DNA of 64,000 nt, taken from UHGV virus genome UHGV-1375844. One strand, written 5' to 3'. The notes under the pieces are model-generated. The model was not told where the DNA came from. It saw only the letters and a program-made list of their open reading frames with translations, and did not search any database. The stretch comes from a virus. Below are positions 18,132 through 25,681 of this stretch, piece by piece. A program made the translations under genes and the position numbers. How positions within the stretch are numbered: position 1 is the stretch's first letter; every line of letters begins with the position of its first letter.

Positions 18132-18762
18132 CTAAAACCCCCTTTCCCAATTCTTCCCCTGGAATTTCTTCCGAGGCAGGGGTATTAAATATTTTACGCC
18201 TTCTGCCGCTTCCACCATCATCGATCTTGTCGATATTATTTTCGATGAACTTTAAAAGCTGTATAGCCTCTGTACTATTGTTGCCGTAAAACCCTTTGGA
18301 AATACGATATGTCAGAACGCGCTCTTTCAGCTCAAGTAAAACAAAGACAACAATCCCGATAATAGTTACAATGGGGCTAAAGCCCCAAAAGTAACCCATT
18401 GAAGCACCAAGAAAAATCATCAGCACCGATAAAAACTTAACCTTAAGGAAGGTTTTTTTCTCATATAAAAGATAAAGCTCGGAAATAGTTTTCCTTTTCA
18501 AAAACTCTTGCTCTTTCTTTAAATTGTCCTCATGTTTTGCTTTTATCTCTTGTAATTTTATTCTGTACTCTTCTGATTTTATATAACTCAATGTATTACG
18601 ATACAAGAAACTACATACCATACCTATCATTGAGCCAATAACAGAAATGACACCTTGGTTTGAAATTCCCAACAACCCCATAACCTTTCCAAAGATCACG
18701 GCGGCTATAATGGCTAACATTAGACCTACGAACCATCCGAAATGTCTATTCAGGAATTTCAT
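18118..18762 (-). CDS. Hypothetical multi-pass membrane protein (214 aa), AT-rich
   Basis: Several hydrophobic helices; K/E-rich coiled segment; composition clearly more AT-rich than flanking genes. Confidence 0.5.
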   Translation of the reverse strand: MKFLNRHFGWFVGLMLAIIAAVIFGKVMGLLGISNQGVISVIGSMIGMVCSFLYRNTLSYIKSEEYRIKLQEIKAKHEDNLKKEQEFLKRKTISELYLLYEKKTFLKVKFLSVLMIFLGASMGYFWGFSPIVTIIGIVVFVLLELKERVLTYRISKGFYGNNSTEAIQLLKFIENNIDKIDDGGSGRRRKIFNTPASEEIPGEELGKGVLDARS

Positions 18763-18766
18763 TATA

Positions 18767-19126
18767 TTAGCCTTTCTTCATCAGCTCGCGCTTGATCTCG
18801 TCTGTGCGCATCGTGACGTCAGCAGCGGTGATCGCCTCGTTCAGTTTCACAATGTCCTCGATTTCCTGCGGCGACTTCTCTGCCAGATGGTAAATGGCTG
18901 CACGAATCACGTCAGAACGGGTGAACTTCTCAAAGCGAGGGATGAATTTCATCATCTCCAGCAGATCGAAGTATTCGTCCTCCAGCGACATGGTACGGCT
19001 CTTTATTTTCTCTTTCCCACGAGTCGGGCGGCCCTGTGGTCTGACTGGCTGGCGCAACGGCGTGCTGTTTTTGGCCGGAGCATCCGGTTCTTTGCGCTTG
19101 GCAAGGTCTCCCATCTTCATGGACAT
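18767..19126 (-). CDS. Small basic protein, candidate ParA partner (centromere-binding, ParG/ParB-like role)
   Basis: 119 aa, basic N-terminus; start/stop junction with parA. Confidence 0.4.
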   Translation of the reverse strand: MSMKMGDLAKRKEPDAPAKNSTPLRQPVRPQGRPTRGKEKIKSRTMSLEDEYFDLLEMMKFIPRFEKFTRSDVIRAAIYHLAEKSPQEIEDIVKLNEAITAADVTMRTDEIKRELMKKG

Positions 19127-19791
19127 TACTCTTCCTCCAGACTCAAGATATAATCAACAAACTGTTCAAACTCGGCTTCTGCCTTCTTGTCGCGTTCGGC
19201 GCCAGTCATTTCAAAGATAGAGCGACCAGCCTCTTCTGCATCATCGTAAACGTTACGGTTGTACAAATTGACCGGTGCAGCTTCGATACCAAACGTCTCA
19301 ACGATTTCTTTGGCGGCCAGAATACGCGACACCTGGGAAGGTAGTGACGGGCACTGGTTGATAACGGCACGTATTTTCACCTTCTCGTTCACATTGCGTA
19401 CATTGTCGATAATCGGGTCGATGTCGCGCAGCGATTTCAGGTCACGACGTTTAGGGCGCAGCGGTATGACGATAACATCAGCCATCAGCATAGCTTGTCG
19501 CTGGATTTCGGAGTCGAAGCCCCCTGCGTCTACAACCACGTAATCGAAGCGCCCCTGAAGCGATTTGAGATGCTTAACGACGTCTTCCTGAACGTAAGCG
19601 AAAGGAATGAGATCGAGATCTTCATTCTGTCGACGGTCTTCGCACCAGCTGGTAGTGGTGCGCTGGATGTCGATGTCGGTAACTTGGATTTTCTTTTTCT
19701 TTTTGACTTTCAGGCAAACCGCTATTTGCTGGGCAACGGTCGATTTACCCGGGCCACCCTTCGTGCCGCCAACCACAATGATCCTAGTCAT
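19126..19791 (-). CDS. parA: ParA/MinD-family partition ATPase
   Basis: Deviant Walker A GGTKGGPGKST at the N-terminus; 221 aa; unusual KKKKKI insertion encoded by an A-rich tract (19681-19700). Confidence 0.75.
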   Translation of the reverse strand: MTRIIVVGGTKGGPGKSTVAQQIAVCLKVKKKKKIQVTDIDIQRTTTSWCEDRRQNEDLDLIPFAYVQEDVVKHLKSLQGRFDYVVVDAGGFDSEIQRQAMLMADVIVIPLRPKRRDLKSLRDIDPIIDNVRNVNEKVKIRAVINQCPSLPSQVSRILAAKEIVETFGIEAAPVNLYNRNVYDDAEEAGRSIFEMTGAERDKKAEAEFEQFVDYILSLEEE

Positions 19792-19825
19792 TGAATAGTT
19801 CCCTTTGCGTGAATTATTGTCGTAT

Positions 19826-19845
19826 GAAACAACTTGTTTTCTTAT
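19826..19845 (-). promoter_or_regulatory. Conserved promoter-proximal near-palindrome, copy 3, upstream of parA
   Basis: gaaacaacttgttttcttat, 35 nt upstream of the parA start. Confidence 0.4.
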
Positions 19846-19986
19846 ATGCGATATAGCCTAAATGCCTACGGCTGCGGTGTAAAGGTGAAATGGTAGGTAT
19901 TATCGAGATAGAGAGGGTCTTGAGATTAAGAATGAGAAGAGGTAAACAACTTTTGGCGAGAAGGCGGCACATAGCCGCCAGACTGT

Positions 19987-20736
19987 TTATTTAGTGTATA
20001 GGCCGACAGGTGCTCTTGAGCAACGAGAGATGATTAGAACAATGAACTTCTGTACATTGACCTGAACTTTGTTAGGCAGCCATGAACTGAGTTCGGGATC
20101 GAGCAGTAACCCACGATTCCAAGGTAAAAAACCCGTGTTCTTGCCCATGCCGTATTCACCCAGCACGTCCTCGAACGTTTCTGTTTTGGCATTGTATATA
20201 CGCACATCGCCGGTACGCATGAGAGGGCCAGCCCAGATCTTAGCGCCAGGAATGGTTTGTTTATCGTCGCAGACTAAATGCTCGTACCAATGAAGAAGGA
20301 AAAGATAGGTACGGTGACACAATCCTCGCTGACGAAGCGCTCTGACGGTTTCGACCCCTGCTACCTGGTAACAGTCAATCTCGTTGCCGTCTTCAATAAA
20401 ACTATATCCACGCAGAGCTATCCTGCCGGCGATCGTGTTTTTGCTTTCGTCCAGCAGTCCGGACTGGAGCGCCTCTTTGATGATCTCTTCTTCAGGGGCA
20501 TCTTCATCAGCTCGATCTAAGATAAATTCACTCAGGTCGCCCTGGTCGTGCGCGCCGACTCGCTCCATAGAGACATACAGGCAAATGTCATCTTCTGGCT
20601 CGATGATTTCAATTTCTGAGATTTTATAGAGGGAGGCTTCGTTGATGAGAAAGCCAAAACGAGCAACACGAGTCTCCCCTTGATGAGGAAACTCGCTTAG
20701 ATCTTTTGAATATGCGGTATCTAGTGTAGGAGCCAT
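19987..20736 (-). CDS. Hypothetical protein (249 aa)
   Basis: ORF track; acidic; no motif recognised. Confidence 0.45.
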   Translation of the reverse strand: MAPTLDTAYSKDLSEFPHQGETRVARFGFLINEASLYKISEIEIIEPEDDICLYVSMERVGAHDQGDLSEFILDRADEDAPEEEIIKEALQSGLLDESKNTIAGRIALRGYSFIEDGNEIDCYQVAGVETVRALRQRGLCHRTYLFLLHWYEHLVCDDKQTIPGAKIWAGPLMRTGDVRIYNAKTETFEDVLGEYGMGKNTGFLPWNRGLLLDPELSSWLPNKVQVNVQKFIVLIISRCSRAPVGLYTK

Positions 20737-21104
20737 CTTGTAGCAGAGTCATCAGCCTTAACCGTACTGACAATGCTACCATGATTACGTAAGAAGCGGC
20801 GAATAGAATGTTCAATAACCTCCGAAAAAGCCTCGATAAAACGAGACAGCTCAGGGTACTGTTTGGCTGGCTTCACTACAAAACGAACACGACCATTCAG
20901 GTAAATTGCTTCAGCCAACGGTTTCACGCTTGCACCGGCGCGCTCGACATCGTCTTTAAAGGTAACGATGAAGCGTGAGTCTTCAGGTTCAATAGCGTCG
21001 TTATTGAGCTTACGTACTTCGAGCTTGTGCTGATGCAGCACATGAGTCTCGATAATACTCGTGCAATCGCGAATAGTTTGTATAGAACGTTTCTCGTTCA
21101 GCAT
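20721..21104 (-). CDS. Hypothetical protein (127 aa)
   Basis: ORF track. Confidence 0.45.
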   Translation of the reverse strand: MLNEKRSIQTIRDCTSIIETHVLHQHKLEVRKLNNDAIEPEDSRFIVTFKDDVERAGASVKPLAEAIYLNGRVRFVVKPAKQYPELSRFIEAFSEVIEHSIRRFLRNHGSIVSTVKADDSATRWLLH

Positions 21105-21346
21105 GTGTCCACCTTAGCCGTTAACACAAGTGTCATTGCGGCACCCCTTCCGGGGTTAAAGGCTACGAGTATGCGTAGCTTGTATGTGTCCCACTTACGT
21201 GGATGCCTAATAAATCTACATCAAATTGCTAAATGGTTCAACATGAGGTTGCGTGAACAGGCGTGTATACGGGTGAAGATGCCATCTTTAGGATAAAAGG
21301 TAAATTGGAGGCGCCACATAATTTCTGGCGCCCATAAATCACCAAC

Positions 21347-21574
21347 TCAGCTCCGGTGCTCCCACTTACACAACCTTTCACCTATCGTATTGTGGATAAG
21401 CAGCTGTCGCTCTGTTTCCTCGGTCATAAAATCCTCTCTACTCACATAGATAGGATTTGCGGCATCGCAGAATTGTACGCCCAAGGTCTGGGGTTTAATC
21501 ACGCATCCACTTATCGCGAAGCTCGCGATGAATGGCAGAAGCATCCTTAGCCCTGACTTCATTAATCGTTTCAT
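21347..21574 (-). CDS. Rz1-like o-spanin lipoprotein
   Basis: Signal peptide + lipobox (LLPFIASFAISGC); 75 aa; 80 nt of its 5' end overlap the 3' end of the Rz-like gene in another frame. Confidence 0.5.
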   Translation of the reverse strand: MKRLMKSGLRMLLPFIASFAISGCVIKPQTLGVQFCDAANPIYVSREDFMTEETERQLLIHNTIGERLCKWEHRS

Positions 21575-21746
21575 TTTTCACATCCACTGTGTTCTGAAGC
21601 CGTTTCCTGTCGTCTTGCCGCGCCTTTTCTTCCATTGCTTGCCGCGCCGCACGACCACCCATCGTATAGGCGCCTGCAAGCACTAAAAGAACGGCAGCCG
21701 CGGTAATCAGAGCAATCTTTAGCTTCGAAAATAGGCTGCCGAACAT
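21495..21746 (-). CDS. Rz-like i-spanin
   Basis: Internal ATG at 21746 with AAAGGA RBS (MFGSLFSKLKIALITAAAVLLVLAGA...); N-terminal TM helix then charged coiled-coil; the longer ORF-track frame (to 21944) overlaps the upstream gene and is taken as spurious. Confidence 0.5.
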   Translation of the reverse strand: MFGSLFSKLKIALITAAAVLLVLAGAYTMGGRAARQAMEEKARQDDRKRLQNTVDVKNETINEVRAKDASAIHRELRDKWMRD

Positions 21747-21747
21747 A

Positions 21748-22440
21748 TCAGACGATTCCTTTCTGATGCTTTCTGACCTGCGACCAGGCAATGAAGCCGG
21801 CCACGACGATAGTTGCGATCCCGAAGACGATGCGGATCGTGTCACCGCTGGTAATGTGGCCCTGTGCCTTGTCCATTGCCACCGATACCTGTGGCATGAC
21901 ATCGGCCAGCTGCGCCAGGCCAATACCTGCCGTAACGGTCGCACCGGCAGTCTCTTTGGTAACGGGAACAGCTTTTACAGTCTTTACCGGTTTGACAATG
22001 CCGGCACGTCGCAGACCTTCTTCGATAAGCTCGGATGCATACCAGGTATTTGGTGTTTTCAGCGGACCTCGACCATTTTCGTGTCTGATGATCGCCTCTA
22101 CCAGCGGTCTTAGGGTCTCGTAGTCATGTAAATCGATCACCATGTCCGGCGTGACACCAACAGCTTTGGCCACCTCATTCACGTAAGCCACAGTGTTGTT
22201 CTCATGTGGAGGCGCCCAGCGCTCAATAACTTCGCGGATCGTGTCGATGCTTGAGCCGTCTTTGGCTCGACGTTTGTCATGGTAGGTGATGAGCGTAACT
22301 GCCAATGCGCGAATCCCCCATACGGGATCTTTGAAAGTGCAGAAGCGCGGTTCTGAAGGGTTGTCGACTAAGCCCTGCCACGGCGAACCTTTATCAAGAT
22401 TGCCAGGGTTGTTGTTGCGAATACCTCTTGGAGTTTTCAT
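21748..22440 (-). CDS. Putative endolysin / peptidoglycan hydrolase-like protein with C-terminal TM helix
   Basis: Position between holin candidate and Rz/Rz1; N-terminal RGIRNNNPGNL motif that I associate with phage lysozyme-like proteins (recall only); C-terminal hydrophobic helix IVFGIATIVVAGFIAW. Confidence 0.4.
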   Translation of the reverse strand: MKTPRGIRNNNPGNLDKGSPWQGLVDNPSEPRFCTFKDPVWGIRALAVTLITYHDKRRAKDGSSIDTIREVIERWAPPHENNTVAYVNEVAKAVGVTPDMVIDLHDYETLRPLVEAIIRHENGRGPLKTPNTWYASELIEEGLRRAGIVKPVKTVKAVPVTKETAGATVTAGIGLAQLADVMPQVSVAMDKAQGHITSGDTIRIVFGIATIVVAGFIAWSQVRKHQKGIV

Positions 22441-22451
22441 CCTTGATCTCC

Positions 22452-22787
22452 TTATTGCAGTCCATTTTTAACGCCGTAAGCGGCCAGCCCCAACAGCAGT
22501 ACGGTAATCAGGAACGACGTAATCTTTGAGACAATGCCGCCAAAAAACCCGCTGGAGATGGAGTCGAGCCGATTAAGAAGTTTGTCCAGATTTGAATGCT
22601 GGATGCTGTGTTGTGCCGGGGTCATATCGCCAAAGTAGGTCTTGAGCTGATCGTTAACTTCCTGACCAATCTCCTCGCGCAGTTCTTTGCCCAATTTGCC
22701 GACTACCTCGCGGGCAACAATCGCGGCAATGCGCTCTACCTGCTCTGGCGTTACGCCTGCCATCTCGTTCGACATTATTTCCTCCAT
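22452..22787 (-). CDS. Putative holin (position-based), C-terminally anchored membrane protein
   Basis: 111 aa; single C-terminal TM (ITSFLITVLLLGLAAYGV); first gene of the lysis cassette. Confidence 0.35.
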   Translation of the reverse strand: MEEIMSNEMAGVTPEQVERIAAIVAREVVGKLGKELREEIGQEVNDQLKTYFGDMTPAQHSIQHSNLDKLLNRLDSISSGFFGGIVSKITSFLITVLLLGLAAYGVKNGLQ

Positions 22788-22838
22788 GAAAAGTCAAATC
22801 GGGATGGCAGGGTTATAACACATTAGCAAACAATTTTG

Positions 22839-22857
22839 TAGGTAAGCACTTACTTAT
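22839..22857. repeat. Intergenic palindrome family, copy
   Basis: taggtaagcacttacttat. Confidence 0.6.
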
Positions 22858-22865
22858 TAATGCAT

Positions 22866-23690
22866 TTAAACACGGGTGCCATGAATTGTGCCAACCGTCA
22901 CCCACGTTGGGGCATTACCATTAACAGCAGCGCCACCAGCCCCACCTGCATACGGGGTGATATTCTTCCCCCCTCCAGACTGCGAAGCAGCTGCACCAGC
23001 GGAACCCAAGTCACCACCTTTCCCGCCAACAGATGTTCCAAGGCTTGTGGAGGTATTCCCTGCACCTGGAGCCGTAAGCGAAGCATTGCTGCCGTTGCCA
23101 CCGCCGCCGCTGGGGTAGGTTTTTGTACCACCGACGCCAAATGGTCGCCCGCCGCCGCCGCCTGAATAAGTTGGTTTATTATTACCAGCCCCAACAGCGC
23201 CGCCGCCTCCACCACCGCCTCCAATAATGCCGTTATTTTGGATGCGCAGTTTGCTTCCGATGGCATTGGTGATCGCAGGACCGCCCGGCTTACCTTTGTT
23301 GGCATCGCCGTTTCCTCCACCGCCGCCATTTCCCCCACGGCCAAGCACCATTTGTCCCGAGTTAATCACAAGCAAGATATAAGCGCAGCTGGCAAGCTCG
23401 CTTGTAAAATTGAGACAGGGCGCACTGGCAGAACTCGACACAATGGTACCGGTGATGTTGACTCTGATGGCGTTGTCCTTCACGCCTAAAGACTTAATCT
23501 GATTGACTAGAGTAGACCAGGAATAGTTGTTGTTCGCTGAAACATTGATGACCTGCTCTCTGGACTTGCCTACCAGGGTTTTCATCCAGAAAGGGGCGCC
23601 AACCCGTACAGATCTGCCGGCAGCTGACATCCATCGTTGCCCAGTCTCACTTACTGCGGAGGAGCCAACCCATCCGGAGTTGATGGTCAT
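22866..23690 (-). CDS. Tail fibre / receptor-binding protein 2, glycine-rich C-terminal domain
   Basis: Start re-placed at ATG 23690 (MTINSGWVGSSAVSETGQRWMSAAG...); N-terminal ~40 aa paralogous to 25124..25681; long poly-Gly runs (GGGGGGGG). Confidence 0.6.
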   Translation of the reverse strand: MTINSGWVGSSAVSETGQRWMSAAGRSVRVGAPFWMKTLVGKSREQVINVSANNNYSWSTLVNQIKSLGVKDNAIRVNITGTIVSSSASAPCLNFTSELASCAYILLVINSGQMVLGRGGNGGGGGNGDANKGKPGGPAITNAIGSKLRIQNNGIIGGGGGGGGAVGAGNNKPTYSGGGGGRPFGVGGTKTYPSGGGGNGSNASLTAPGAGNTSTSLGTSVGGKGGDLGSAGAAASQSGGGKNITPYAGGAGGAAVNGNAPTWVTVGTIHGTRV

Positions 23691-23694
23691 TTTC

Positions 23695-23840
23695 TCATCT
23701 CCTTGAGTTCCATAACCTCTTTTTCGACGCTTTAACAGCTTCGACCATAATCCCAATGATACCGTTACATTTCAGACGAAGGCGTTCTTCTCCTGAATGG
23801 TCGTTTTTATCGGCTGTAACCAGCTCTGGTTGCAACTTTT
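23695..23840 (-). pseudogene. Remnant of a tail-fibre C-terminal intramolecular-chaperone domain
   Basis: Start-less frame KLQPELVTADKNDHSGEERLRLKCNGIIGIMVEAVKASKKRLWNSRR aligns with the C-terminus of the L-shaped fibre (KVQPELVTVDKNDQSGEERLRLNYNGVIGLLVEAVKELRDEI); DNA homology to 25681-25840. Confidence 0.6.
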
Positions 23841-23941
23841 ACATCTCGGGCGGTCAAGCTACCCGCCATCTTGCCCGACATCATTTCCTTAATGAAAGTC
23901 AGTTCAGATGGCAGGTAATACTATACTTTTTTTACCGGTCT

Positions 23942-23961
23942 ATAGGTAAGCACTTACCTAT
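23942..23961. repeat. Intergenic palindrome family, copy
   Basis: ataggtaagcacttacctat. Confidence 0.6.
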
Positions 23962-23975
23962 ATAACAAGCTAATT

Positions 23976-24221
23976 TTAGGATTTTGGGCAGTTGATGGAG
24001 GTGAACGCCCCTTGCCCCACCCAACGCCAGTTAAAAATACTCCCGGCCCGATAAAGCGTATACTTACCTTCTTTCTTGATCGCATAAATTGGCACACTCG
24101 TTGACGAACCGCCAACCATTGCCTTCCCATAGCAAACAGGCTCTGGTAATTTTTGACAGGCGCTCAATGTAAGTGTTACGCCTAGTAATAAAACTAATTT
24201 CTTCATTTTATATTCCATCAT
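23976..24221 (-). CDS. Small lipoprotein (candidate Cor/Llp-like superinfection-exclusion protein)
   Basis: Signal peptide with lipobox (MKKLVLLLGVTLTLSAC); ~60-aa mature part; sits inside the receptor-binding gene cluster. Confidence 0.5.
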   Translation of the reverse strand: MMEYKMKKLVLLLGVTLTLSACQKLPEPVCYGKAMVGGSSTSVPIYAIKKEGKYTLYRAGSIFNWRWVGQGAFTSINCPKS

Positions 24222-24826
24222 CCGTAGAGATTTCTGTTTAAGACTGGAACTCGGTTGTTGATAGCAAGGCTCGCCCCTCCATTAATTTCATTAACAAGGA
24301 TAGAACTCACGGTATTTCCGTAGCATGTGTAGCCGTAAACCAGCGTCTTAGCGCCACCCGGCATTGGAATAGCAAAGGCGTTAGCGTAAGTTGGCACAAC
24401 CGCTACCGGATAATTGAATACGTGCTTATCATTACTGTTCCAGCTATTATTATCAAGAAATGTGAAAGACAGTGGGATATTTGCCGTGTTATAGATCTCA
24501 ACCCCTGAAGAATTGAAAAAACTCATTCCCCATTTTTCTTTTCTGGTTATGCCCGTAGCGAAAACATACACAGTTACGTTTGAATCACTCCCACGTCCAC
24601 CGAAGCTGTAAATAACCTGGTTATTGCGAACTATACGATTCGCAAGCAGTGAAACAGCTTTTGTATACGCCACGAAGACCATAGGGGACCGATCAGGAGA
24701 TAGTCCCGTATTGAACTCGCTCCCCCCTTTCAGTGAGACAACATGTTTGCTCTGGAAAACCAGAGGCGTAAGGCTTGGAGACATCCAGACCTTTCCATCA
24801 GATCGAACGATTTTGCTTCCGTACAT
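24218..24826 (-). CDS. Hypothetical protein (202 aa), tail-fibre locus
   Basis: ORF track; start overlaps the upstream stop (TAATG). Confidence 0.45.
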   Translation of the reverse strand: MYGSKIVRSDGKVWMSPSLTPLVFQSKHVVSLKGGSEFNTGLSPDRSPMVFVAYTKAVSLLANRIVRNNQVIYSFGGRGSDSNVTVYVFATGITRKEKWGMSFFNSSGVEIYNTANIPLSFTFLDNNSWNSNDKHVFNYPVAVVPTYANAFAIPMPGGAKTLVYGYTCYGNTVSSILVNEINGGASLAINNRVPVLNRNLYG

Positions 24827-25080
24827 TATTTCTGAAACACCATTAGGTAGATGGTTCCGTATGCATTTGTCCAGTTAATCTGGTTTCCTGAAATGGTTAC
24901 ACTGCCAATGTTGCCATTCAGTGTTTCCATAATGTAGTAATCAAGAGACATCCCCGACTCGACAGCATACCTTCTGCTGCCGCTACCGGTTGGCTGAAAA
25001 TAATCCAGATAATAAATTGGCGCTAAGGCGTCGACCATTTCCTGTCTGCTCGGCGACCAAATTTTTGCTCCATAACTCAT
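24826..25080 (-). CDS. Hypothetical protein (84 aa), tail-fibre locus
   Basis: ORF track. Confidence 0.4.
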   Translation of the reverse strand: MSYGAKIWSPSRQEMVDALAPIYYLDYFQPTGSGSRRYAVESGMSLDYYIMETLNGNIGSVTISGNQINWTNAYGTIYLMVFQK

Positions 25081-25123
25081 ATATCATCCTTGATTATGTA
25101 AGGCGCTTGTGGGCGCCTTCTAA

Positions 25124-25681
25124 TTAAATTTTAGTTACGGCAATCGTTTTGCCATTTTGATTGTAAAGCCAGCCTCCTGCTGTACTCGCTCTATAATGCC
25201 TGGTGTTATATGCAAAGTGGCTCGGAGTGAAGGTAAAATTAGTTCCACCAAAAGAAAGCGTGAAATTTTGGTTCGGCCCATTAGTTAAACCTATATACAT
25301 GGTTGTCGCATTTTGAACCTGGGAAACATGCGTAATAGCACACCCCAATAATGTTCCACTAACAGAGCCTGTTGCGTTAATCGAGAGCGGTTGTTGCGCA
25401 CCGCTTACGACTGTTGCAGCAATGGCTCCTGTTTGAACGGAGTTATTTGAAAAACCACCATACGAGGATGTCCCTTGAATGAATTGACCGTTCGAAATCT
25501 GCGCTCTGAAAGCGTATGTGTTCCGGCCAACCACCACCGTGAAGTCCTGCATCGCTTTTCCAACCAGAGAACTCATCCAAAACGGAGTGCCAACCTTAAC
25601 TTTGGAGCCAGCGGCAGACATCCACCGCTGGCCAGTAGTTGATACGGCTGACGACCCGACCCATCCTGAGCCAATCGCCAT
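25124..25681 (-). CDS. Tail fibre / receptor-binding protein 1
   Basis: N-terminus MAIGSGWVGSSAVSTTGQRWMSAAG... paralogous to 22866..23690; start overlaps the stop of the L-shaped fibre (TAATG). Confidence 0.6.
   Translation of the reverse strand: MAIGSGWVGSSAVSTTGQRWMSAAGSKVKVGTPFWMSSLVGKAMQDFTVVVGRNTYAFRAQISNGQFIQGTSSYGGFSNNSVQTGAIAATVVSGAQQPLSINATGSVSGTLLGCAITHVSQVQNATTMYIGLTNGPNQNFTLSFGGTNFTFTPSHFAYNTRHYRASTAGGWLYNQNGKTIAVTKI

Noticed and set aside
21495-21944. 149-aa ORF-track frame as a single gene
   Set aside because: Its 5' two-thirds overlap the lysozyme-like gene in another frame; the internal ATG at 21746 with an RBS gives a typical Rz-like i-spanin
22888-23489. Several overlapping ORFs (22860..23165, 22888..23118, 22898..23344, 23238..23489) within the glycine-rich fibre gene
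   Set aside because: Alternative frames of GC-rich Gly-coding repeats; Pro/Ala-rich translations without RBS
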